DNA from: a virus
DNA length: 64,000 nt
Strand: one strand, 5' to 3'
Virus record (IMG/VR): IMGVR_UViG_3300013108_000188
Shown: positions 56,575 through 64,000 of the stretch, in pieces
Layout of the letters: each line of letters begins with the position of its first letter
Position numbering within the stretch: the first letter of the stretch is position 1
Made by a program: the position numbers and the translations under genes
Notes under the pieces: generated by a model
What the model was told of the DNA's origin: nothing
Database searches by the model: none
The model's input: the letters and a program-made list of their open reading frames with translations, nothing else

Positions 56575-57392
56575 TATTTACTCACCTTTTGTGGTTTTGA
56601 TTTTTCCATTTGTTTCTTGTATCGTCTCCACTTTGTCATTTCTTTTTCTGCTTTTTTATATGCCAAGTCTAGTTTCATTTTACTAACTTTCATTGGCATT
56701 AGTATTCCTGCTTGATGGTCGTATTCGTGTTGGCATACTCTACTCATCATACCATCTAAATGTGCTTCTTTTAAATCACCATTTTCATCTTCGTATTTCA
56801 TAACACATTTTCTAGGTCTAACAATGTTAATGAATAAGAAAGGAAAAGTTAAACAACCTTCTTTCATCATAACCGTTTCTTCACTAGTTGATAATATTAC
56901 AGGATTAAACATAGCAAGTTTCATACCTTTTTCAATTGATTGATGGTCACCTGCAACAAACATATTGAAAGGTAATCCTACTTGTATCGCACTCAAACCT
57001 ATGCCACCATATTTGTGCATAAGTTCAAACATACTAGCTACTAATTCTTTTCTATCTTTAATACCAAACTCTTTAAGTAGTTCATCTTTATAAGGTGCAA
57101 CAGGAGTCCTTAACATAGGATTACCTGGTTCTATTAATTGTTTATTAAATGTCTGTGGATTAACTCCGTCTCTTACTTCGTAAGGTATATCTTCTACTGG
57201 TACTTCTTGCAAAATTTGATTTTCTTTTGATTGTTTTTCTAATTTTTCTTTGATGTTGGTTGTATCTTCCCACACGCCTTCTTGCGTATCTGGAGTACCT
57301 TCTTTCAATTGTTTTTCTGCTTGTTTCATCATATCGTCTTTAAATTTTTCTTCTTCTTCAACCGTCATTGGTCTTCTTGTTTTTTTAGACAT
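56574..57392 (-). CDS. def: Peptide deformylase with N-terminal extension
   Basis: GIGLSAIQVG, EGCLT, QHEYDHQAG. Confidence 0.93.
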   Translation of the reverse strand: MSKKTRRPMTVEEEEKFKDDMMKQAEKQLKEGTPDTQEGVWEDTTNIKEKLEKQSKENQILQEVPVEDIPYEVRDGVNPQTFNKQLIEPGNPMLRTPVAPYKDELLKEFGIKDRKELVASMFELMHKYGGIGLSAIQVGLPFNMFVAGDHQSIEKGMKLAMFNPVILSTSEETVMMKEGCLTFPFLFINIVRPRKCVMKYEDENGDLKEAHLDGMMSRVCQHEYDHQAGILMPMKVSKMKLDLAYKKAEKEMTKWRRYKKQMEKSKPQKVSK

Positions 57393-59100
57393 TTGCTATC
57401 CTCGTAAAGTTTTGGTACTTTTCAAATTTAATTATATTAGTAAATTTATCAAACATTATATCTCCTTTATGTGATATGATAAAGATGTTTTCTTTTGTTA
57501 GTGTCTTAATAATTTTAAAAAAGTCATCTGTTCCTTGTCCATCTAAACTTGAATCAAATATCTCATCTAATATTAGTAAGTTTGTATTAACACTATTTTT
57601 CATTTTTGCAATACTTCTCCAAGTAAATAATAATGCAAGGTCTATTCTCATCTTCTCACCTTCACTAAAGTTATTGTAGTTAAAGGAGTCCATATGTCTG
57701 CTCTTAACCGTCTCGTTAAATTCTTCATCTAAATGAAATGATACAAAGAAGTCCATAGCTTGTAAATAGTTATTAATTAAAGTATTCATAATCGGTAAAT
57801 ACTTTTTAATAATTTGTGCTCTTGCTCCACTATCGTCTACTATCTGTCTCAATATATCAATATATTTTTTCTCCTCAATAACATTATCTTTTTGTACATT
57901 TGCGTCAACTAATTCTCTTTTTAGTTTAGCAATTTCTTCTTTTATATTTAGGCCGCCAGCATCCTCAACTGATAACCTATCTATCTCATCTTGTATTCTA
58001 TCTGTATGTCTTTTAATCTCATCAATAGAAGTAGTTAATTTTGCAACATTAGTTTCTATAGTTCTAACCTTTTGTGCAATGTTATCAAATCCTAATATTT
58101 CTTCTTCTGTATTAGTTATTTCTGTTAATAGTTTTTTATAACCATCTTGTAATTTAATTACAGCGTCTTTCTCCTCACTAATTTTTGTCTGTCTAAAACC
58201 TTGTTCTATTTCCTGTGTACAAGTAGGACAACTAGTATTGTCTTCAAAAAACTTTAATGTCTTCTTATGTGTCTTTAAGTTCTGGTCTATCTTTGCTTCT
58301 AACTTATGTAATTGTGTAAACTTATCTTTTGTCTTTGTCTTGCCTAATAATTTCTGTTCGTTCTCATTAAGTTCTTTATTAAGACTTTCTATTCTAGTCA
58401 TATAATCTCTCTTATGAGTATGTGCTTTTTCTATGTCTTCTTTCTTTTTAGATATAGCGTCTGTATCTCTACCTTGTAATTCATTAAAATGTTTCTCTTG
58501 TAGTTCAACTTTATTCTCAATCAAATCTACTTGATGTCTTAATGTAGTAATGTCTTTTGTTAAATCGTTTTGTTTACTCTTTAATAAGTAGTTCATATTT
58601 TGAAATACTTTAATGTCTAATATTTCTTCAATTACTTCTCTACGATTCCTTGCTCTCATCTTCATAAATGGTTCATATAAAGAAGACCCTAAAATAACAA
58701 CTTGACAAAAGGACCTATAGTTTAATTTCATTATATTTTTTTCTAAATGTTTTTGATAGTCTATAGTACTTGCGTCTTGGTTAATTAAAATTCCGTCTTG
58801 GTATATTTCAAATACATTAGGTTTAATTCCTCTAACAACTTTATACTTTTTAGGACCTACACTAAAGTTTAATTCTACTACGGTATCAGCATTATTAATC
58901 GTATTGACCATCTGGTCTTTCTTAATAATTCTAAATGGTTTATTAAACAAAGCAAAACATATTGCGTCTAACAATGTTGATTTACCTGACCCATTAGTTC
59001 CAATAATTAATGTTGTTGGTTGTTCTGCTAGATTAACACTTATAGGAGTATTACCTGTTGATAAAAAGTTCTTCCAAGTTATATTATGAAATATTATCAT
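57385..59100 (-). CDS. gp46: gp46 Rad50/SbcC-like ATPase
   Basis: WKNFLSTGN, GSGKST, CPTC hook, FSEGEK, LDEIFDSSLD, ISH. Confidence 0.96.
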   Translation of the reverse strand: MIIFHNITWKNFLSTGNTPISVNLAEQPTTLIIGTNGSGKSTLLDAICFALFNKPFRIIKKDQMVNTINNADTVVELNFSVGPKKYKVVRGIKPNVFEIYQDGILINQDASTIDYQKHLEKNIMKLNYRSFCQVVILGSSLYEPFMKMRARNRREVIEEILDIKVFQNMNYLLKSKQNDLTKDITTLRHQVDLIENKVELQEKHFNELQGRDTDAISKKKEDIEKAHTHKRDYMTRIESLNKELNENEQKLLGKTKTKDKFTQLHKLEAKIDQNLKTHKKTLKFFEDNTSCPTCTQEIEQGFRQTKISEEKDAVIKLQDGYKKLLTEITNTEEEILGFDNIAQKVRTIETNVAKLTTSIDEIKRHTDRIQDEIDRLSVEDAGGLNIKEEIAKLKRELVDANVQKDNVIEEKKYIDILRQIVDDSGARAQIIKKYLPIMNTLINNYLQAMDFFVSFHLDEEFNETVKSRHMDSFNYNNFSEGEKMRIDLALLFTWRSIAKMKNSVNTNLLILDEIFDSSLDGQGTDDFFKIIKTLTKENIFIISHKGDIMFDKFTNIIKFEKYQNFTRIANV

Positions 59101-59255
59101 ATTCTTAAATCTTGTCCTTTAATTTGTTCCATTTTTTGTTGCAACTCTTTTTTATATTTTGCTTGATTTGCTGATAACAATAACCCAAAAGCAAATATAG
59201 CAATTATGAATATTGAAGGTAAATTATCTAGCATCCATATTCCAATTTTTTTCAT
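59097..59255 (-). CDS. 52-aa membrane protein between gp47 and gp46
   Basis: MKKIGIWMLDNLPSIFIIAIFAFGLLLSANQAK...; overlaps both neighbours. Confidence 0.55.
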   Translation of the reverse strand: MKKIGIWMLDNLPSIFIIAIFAFGLLLSANQAKYKKELQQKMEQIKGQDLRI

Positions 59256-60313
59256 TATTTCTCTTGTACCTCTTGGTAAAAGTCTTTCATTATAGAGTTT
59301 ATTCTTGCCTTATCTAATTCAGTATCCAAACTATTAATATAATTGTGTAAGAAAGTTAAAGTATCTTCTCCTTGGTCTATGATATTAACATCGGCAGTAG
59401 CATTGATATTATAACTATCTTCTATAACATTAACTTCGTGTGTATTAATTTCATTGTGTAGTCTATCAATAAATTCTCCAAATTGATTTGTGTCTGTTTT
59501 TTCTTCTACTATAACTTTTAAATGCTTATCTTTATACTTTGATATATCCATATTAGTATAACTTTGTTTTGTATCATTGTATATAATCTTTTCAAACATA
59601 GTAAGTGGATTTGATATTCTAGTTAGTTCTCTTGTATCTGTATCAAATATATGAAACCCTTTTGGACATTGATAATCTGACCAGGTTATTTCATATTGAG
59701 TTCCTAAATAATATATTGTTCCGTTATCTGATTTTCTATGATAGTGTCCTGATAATACTTTGTCAAATCTTTTAAACTGGTCCATTTCTAAACCAACTTC
59801 CTGAAAGTGTCCTTTGTGCATTTCAAAACCTTTAATTTCTAAATGACCCATAGCAACTTCGGCGTGTGAGTTATCAATCTCGTATATACTTTCTTCTTCT
59901 GTTTCAGGACATATCCAAGGTAATAATAATATATCTAAACCATCAAAGTTAACCGTAGCAGGTTTCTCATATATCCAAGGTTCATTTGCACCATCAAAGG
60001 TTTTGATTAAGTGTGTGAAATTTACTTTGTTTGTATTCTTATAATATGTGTCGTGGTTACCTAGTATAATATGTGTATCTATTTTTAAGTCCCATAATCT
60101 TTTCCAAAAGTTTTCTTGGAAGTTATGAGCAGTATTGAAGTTAATAAACTTTCGTCTATCAACAACATCGCCTAAATGGATTAATGTTTTGATGTCGTTT
60201 TGTATTATATACGGAAAAAAGATTTCATCATAAAATCTATTAAAGTATTTTACAAACGCAGGATTATCATTTCTAGCACCGAAATGCGTATCGTTCAATA
60301 ATGCTATTTTCAT
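59255..60313 (-). CDS. gp47: gp47 Mre11/SbcD-like nuclease
   Basis: DTHFG, HLGD, GNHD, GHLE, SGHYH. Confidence 0.96.
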   Translation of the reverse strand: MKIALLNDTHFGARNDNPAFVKYFNRFYDEIFFPYIIQNDIKTLIHLGDVVDRRKFINFNTAHNFQENFWKRLWDLKIDTHIILGNHDTYYKNTNKVNFTHLIKTFDGANEPWIYEKPATVNFDGLDILLLPWICPETEEESIYEIDNSHAEVAMGHLEIKGFEMHKGHFQEVGLEMDQFKRFDKVLSGHYHRKSDNGTIYYLGTQYEITWSDYQCPKGFHIFDTDTRELTRISNPLTMFEKIIYNDTKQSYTNMDISKYKDKHLKVIVEEKTDTNQFGEFIDRLHNEINTHEVNVIEDSYNINATADVNIIDQGEDTLTFLHNYINSLDTELDKARINSIMKDFYQEVQEK

Positions 60314-60314
60314 A

Positions 60315-60893
60315 TTATATAAAGTCTTCTAAATTCGCCTTCGCTTTTCTTACTCGTTTTTTTGTCGGTTTCGGTTTTTTCTTTTCTTTTGTTTCGTCTT
60401 CCATTGGAAGATTCTTTTGTAAAAATTCAGTAAACTGATTCTTAAATTCTCTATCGTCTCCTGGTTGCAAAGTCATATCATCATAATTTGCGTCCTGGAT
60501 TAGTTTATGTTTAATTGTAGTTTGTTTCTTTTCTTTCTGTATTCTTCGTATAAATGCGTAATAGATTATTTGTGTAAAATAAGCAAACGGATTGTTTGAC
60601 TTTTTAGGATTAAAGTTTGCTAGATATTGCAAACAATTTTCTATGCCATCACTTATCATATCGTCTCTAAATGTGTAATTAATAAAGTTAGGTCTATATG
60701 ATAGATGGTTTGCTATCTTTAAAAAACACTCACCTATATAATTGGTTACAGGAGGATTTTTGCGTCCTCTTTTTTTAGCTTTATTACACTTATCTTTATA
60801 CTCAATCATTGCCTCTAAAAACACTTTGTTATTTACATAGTGTTCCTTTTTGGCAGGAGTTCGTATTCTTTTGGGTTTGTTATCAATTGTCAT
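60315..60893 (-). CDS. gp55: Late-transcription sigma factor
   Basis: HYVNNK.F, YIGECFLKIA, NFINYT..DMISDGIENC, NPFAYFTQI. Confidence 0.96.
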   Translation of the reverse strand: MTIDNKPKRIRTPAKKEHYVNNKVFLEAMIEYKDKCNKAKKRGRKNPPVTNYIGECFLKIANHLSYRPNFINYTFRDDMISDGIENCLQYLANFNPKKSNNPFAYFTQIIYYAFIRRIQKEKKQTTIKHKLIQDANYDDMTLQPGDDREFKNQFTEFLQKNLPMEDETKEKKKPKPTKKRVRKAKANLEDFI

Positions 60894-60902
60894 TATGTTC
60901 TC

Positions 60903-60931
60903 ACTATACTATATTTTGTTGTTAGAGTCAA
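60903..60931 (-). promoter_or_regulatory. Sigma70-type promoter for gp55-47-46
   Basis: TTGACT-N17-TATAGT. Confidence 0.7.
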
Positions 60932-60968
60932 TAACCTAACTAAAATTTCGGTCCCGATTGTTGGACTA

Positions 60969-60997
60969 TTGACAGATTAAAATGTTTATGATATTAT
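60969..60997 (+). promoter_or_regulatory. Orphan plus-strand sigma70 promoter
   Basis: TTGACA-N17-TATTAT with extended -10 TG; no credible plus-strand gene follows. Confidence 0.55.
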
Positions 60998-61044
60998 CAG
61001 CGTGTAGCCGCTGAGAGATAGAGTCTATAAAGAGATTATATCTA

Positions 61045-61542
61045 TTAATGGATAGTTTTCTTCTTAACATCGTCATCGTGTATATCAGTAAATTCGTCTA
61101 TTATTTCATCAAGTTTATTATTTAATTCCTCTTGTTCCATTTTGTTCATTAGTTCTCGGTCCATAAGTTTTCTAGTTCTCGGGTTATCGTCTCGTCTATG
61201 CAATTTATCAACAATATGATACTCGCCAACGACCTTTTTATATGACCTAATCATTTCATCGGAAGCGTTGGTAATTGTAAGTATCTTATCTTTTGGTATA
61301 GTCACCAATTGGTCTTGCGTATAACCTGCCCATTTCACCAAGGCAATATAATCTTTAATACCCAAGTTGGTTATTTGGGGTACATATTTAATCTCTAATG
61401 GTTTATCAAGTGTAAGTAATGGTGAGTTTGGCGTCTCTTTATTTGTAGGTATAACGCAAACAACATCTGTTCCGTTTATTATCTTAACGATTTTAACCGT
61501 TGTAGTTCCATCAGGATTCATATCTTTAGGGTTAGTTGCCAT
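61045..61542 (-). CDS. Conserved T4-like protein (uvsW-gp55 position)
   Basis: KIVKIINGTDVV start; ends KKTIH. Confidence 0.65.
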   Translation of the reverse strand: MATNPKDMNPDGTTTVKIVKIINGTDVVCVIPTNKETPNSPLLTLDKPLEIKYVPQITNLGIKDYIALVKWAGYTQDQLVTIPKDKILTITNASDEMIRSYKKVVGEYHIVDKLHRRDDNPRTRKLMDRELMNKMEQEELNNKLDEIIDEFTDIHDDDVKKKTIH

Positions 61543-61543
61543 A

Positions 61544-63022
61544 TTACTCCTTTAGTTCCACATTATGGATTTCATAATCAAATCCTTCTTCATTGTATAT
61601 ATTTATTCTTTCTCTAAAGTGTTGTAGAGTATAATTTTCTTTTTCTCCATATGATACATCATCGGATATATCATATAAAGTTGCATTTGTCTTGTTATCT
61701 CCTAGTCGGAGACCACGACCTATTGATTGTAGATTTCTTATCCTAGACTTACTAGGACTAGCAAAAATAATGTTATGCAAGTTCCGTATATTAATGCCTG
61801 TACTGAAAGTCCCATAACTTGCAACGATAATAGCGTTATCGCTTTTTTCCGTAATTGCTCTAATCTTTTCTCTTTCATCTGCGTCCACTCCTCCATAAAC
61901 GAAAAACACCTTTCTGTTTTCTTGTTTGTCTTCTATTAATTGTTTAAGTACTTTACCGTGCTTTTCAACATATTGAAATAAGCAAAGTGTATTACCTTGA
62001 AGACCACAACATAGATTTCTTATATATTTATTTCTAGCTTTACTTGAACATAAAAAGTCCATTTCTTCCTGATATGTTTTATCTTTTAAGTAGTCTCTAC
62101 TATTCTTTCCGTGTGCTAATATTAAACAATTGATTTTAAACTTCGCTAATTGTTTCTTCTCAATTAAATCTGTTGTTTGTGCGACTTTATTAACAGCACC
62201 AAATAATCCTTCTAGTACTAGTTTATGTGTTTTACTACCATCTAAAGTTCCTGTCATACCCACTCTATACTTACAATTAGTCATCTTTGTCATTATACTT
62301 GTTAGGGACTGGCTTTTAAATAAATGTGCTTCGTCTCCAATGATACAACCAAAATCAGCAAACCATTTTTTAGGTAGTTTATATACTGATTGCCAAGTAG
62401 ATATTACTATCTTCTTTGGAGTATCTTTATCGTGTCCTTGATATATTCTATGAATATGACTTGTATTATATCCATAGTCTTTAAAATCTTTGTATAATTG
62501 TTCTACTAAATTTGTTGTAGGTACAATAATTAATATCTTATTTGCTTTCTTATTTCTCAATCTTAACAACTGAAATCTTAATATTAGATATGCTATTAAT
62601 GATTTACCAGACGCTGTAGGAGATAATAATAAACATCTGTCTTCTTGTATTGCGTGATAAAACGCATTAAATTGATAGTCTCTAATAGTTAAAGGTATCT
62701 TTAATGCTTTACAGAATTTAGCACACTCTAATTTATCTAATGGTTCCTTTTCTGTTTTTAGTTTAGATACAATTGTTATATTATTGTCAACACAAAATTT
62801 CTTTATATAAGGTAATAGACCATAGTATATTTCACCACTTGCATACTTAAATAATCTAATCTTTCCGTCCCAATATCTATTTCTATATTGTGGCATAAAC
62901 TTATATCCAGGAACCTCAAAAGTAAAAAACTCCGATAAGTCTCTACGAATATCAGCGTCTGCTTCTATAGTAAGATAGACTTCATTTTTCTTTTCTAATA
63001 TTAAGTATCTATTTTCAACCAT
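61544..63022 (-). CDS. uvsW: UvsW SF2 helicase
   Basis: RDYQ, SPTASGKS, DEAH, GMTGT, TFSTGINI, QSIGRGLR. Confidence 0.96.
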   Translation of the reverse strand: MVENRYLILEKKNEVYLTIEADADIRRDLSEFFTFEVPGYKFMPQYRNRYWDGKIRLFKYASGEIYYGLLPYIKKFCVDNNITIVSKLKTEKEPLDKLECAKFCKALKIPLTIRDYQFNAFYHAIQEDRCLLLSPTASGKSLIAYLILRFQLLRLRNKKANKILIIVPTTNLVEQLYKDFKDYGYNTSHIHRIYQGHDKDTPKKIVISTWQSVYKLPKKWFADFGCIIGDEAHLFKSQSLTSIMTKMTNCKYRVGMTGTLDGSKTHKLVLEGLFGAVNKVAQTTDLIEKKQLAKFKINCLILAHGKNSRDYLKDKTYQEEMDFLCSSKARNKYIRNLCCGLQGNTLCLFQYVEKHGKVLKQLIEDKQENRKVFFVYGGVDADEREKIRAITEKSDNAIIVASYGTFSTGINIRNLHNIIFASPSKSRIRNLQSIGRGLRLGDNKTNATLYDISDDVSYGEKENYTLQHFRERINIYNEEGFDYEIHNVELKE

Positions 63023-63440
63023 TTGCTAATTTTATTACTCTTTCAATTAAACTTCCAAAACCCACTTGTCTTTGCATTGTTAATAATTCTCTAATACCTA
63101 AATGTTTAAAATCTTCTAAAGTTAATTTACTTATCTCATCTGCCTTTTCACCATTTACAATATCTAATATAACTTTAGCCGTGCCTTTAGTAATGAAAGC
63201 GTCACCATCGTGTTTATAAGTCATAGTATTATCTTTATTTTTTTCACCTGTCACCCATAAATTACTAGCACAACCTCTTATTTTATTATCATCTATTTTA
63301 TCTTTATCTGATAGTGGTTTTACTTCTTTTGCTAAATCAACCAAATATTGTAGTCTATCGTGTCCTTGTAAGGTTTTTAATTCTTCACCTCTTGCAATAA
63401 TTTTATCTATCATTATTGAAATTTGGAACCTAATGTCCAA
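63015..63440 (-). CDS. sufE: SufE-like sulfur acceptor
   Basis: RLQYLVDLAK, IRGCASNLW, DAFITKG, LTMQRQVG; true start probably MIDK. Confidence 0.85.
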   Translation of the reverse strand: MDIRFQISIMIDKIIARGEELKTLQGHDRLQYLVDLAKEVKPLSDKDKIDDNKIRGCASNLWVTGEKNKDNTMTYKHDGDAFITKGTAKVILDIVNGEKADEISKLTLEDFKHLGIRELLTMQRQVGFGSLIERVIKLANG

Positions 63441-63976
63441 CCTACTAGTGATTGTCTTTGTCCTGATTTAACAGGATAAACTTTATGCCATAGACCAGAA
63501 TAGAATACTATAATAGTACCTGGTTTTGTTTTTTCAAATCTATGTATTATTGATTTAGTATGTTCTGGATGTGGTTCACATATTGCAAAGTCACCACCTT
63601 CAAATTCGTCATTTAATATTAAAGAGAAACTAATTTTTCTAACCATACCATCTGCATATGGTTTAGCGTGTGTATCTGTATGCCAAGAATAGTGTTGTGA
63701 TTTATCGTATGATGTATATTGTAAATCTTCAAACTTTGATAGTTTAAAGTTCCAACCTAAAGTTTTATTTGTATCGTTAATAACAGGAGCTAATTGAGTT
63801 TGTAACCAAGTGCTGTTTATAAAACAACCTTTACTATCTCTAGTTAATAGTTCTCGGTTTTTATCTTGTAATTGTAAATCTTTTAATTTTTGTTGACTAG
63901 CTAATTCTTTTACTTTCTTAATAAAAGAAGAATCGAATAGACCGTCCTGTCGCCAGTATAGTTTCTCTAAATTCAT
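63413..63976 (-). CDS. 2OG-Fe(II) oxygenase (prolyl hydroxylase-like)
   Basis: YSWHTD, RKISFS..LND.FEGG, H.V.PV.SG.R.SLV.W. Confidence 0.88.
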   Translation of the reverse strand: MNLEKLYWRQDGLFDSSFIKKVKELASQQKLKDLQLQDKNRELLTRDSKGCFINSTWLQTQLAPVINDTNKTLGWNFKLSKFEDLQYTSYDKSQHYSWHTDTHAKPYADGMVRKISFSLILNDEFEGGDFAICEPHPEHTKSIIHRFEKTKPGTIIVFYSGLWHKVYPVKSGQRQSLVGWTLGSKFQ

Positions 63977-64000
63977 AATTAAATAGCGCCAGAAGTAAAT

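Noticed and set aside
1774-62441. Numerous short plus-strand ORFs in the track (e.g. 1774-2043, 5243-5632, 30869-31264, 54985-55380) and 12629-12829 opposite the cyclase
   Set aside because: They are antisense shadows of well-supported genes, with Ser/Leu/Phe-rich composition and no motifs
1-64000. CRISPR array, integrase or transposase, or stop-codon recoding
   Set aside because: No regularly spaced repeats or recombinase motifs were seen, and genes are full length in the standard code with dense packing

Overview
AT-rich (roughly 30% GC by eye) segment of a T4-like myovirus genome, transcribed almost entirely from the minus strand. It carries the core replication, recombination and late-transcription genes: nrdA/nrdB, gp61, gp41, uvsX, gp43, regA, gp62/44/45, gp46/47, gp55 and uvsW. 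The auxiliary genes (bL12, bS21, peptide deformylase, csgF/csgG, Hsp20, ferredoxin, SufE, peroxiredoxin, GuaC, CobS/CobT-like, tRNA-Thr) suggest a marine pelagimyophage of SAR11 or a similar host; the host is an inference. Four things stand out. (1) A divergent late-promoter locus encodes CsgF, CsgG, a curlin-repeat protein and a FecR-domain protein opposite a CHASE2 adenylate cyclase, which looks like a complete phage-encoded trans-envelope cAMP signalling system. (2) A set of enzymes (Pol-beta/HIGH nucleotidyltransferase fusion, P-loop kinase, adenylate kinase, ligase-like protein, RimK-protease) begins with T4 capsid-targeting-like N-termini, suggesting a virion-packaged enzyme toolkit. (3) A MTase/GNAT/PLP/2OG-oxygenase cluster may modify DNA. 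(4) There is a ROSE-like RNA thermometer on hsp20 and an orphan plus-strand promoter near uvsW. All family calls come from motif recognition by eye; no searches were run.
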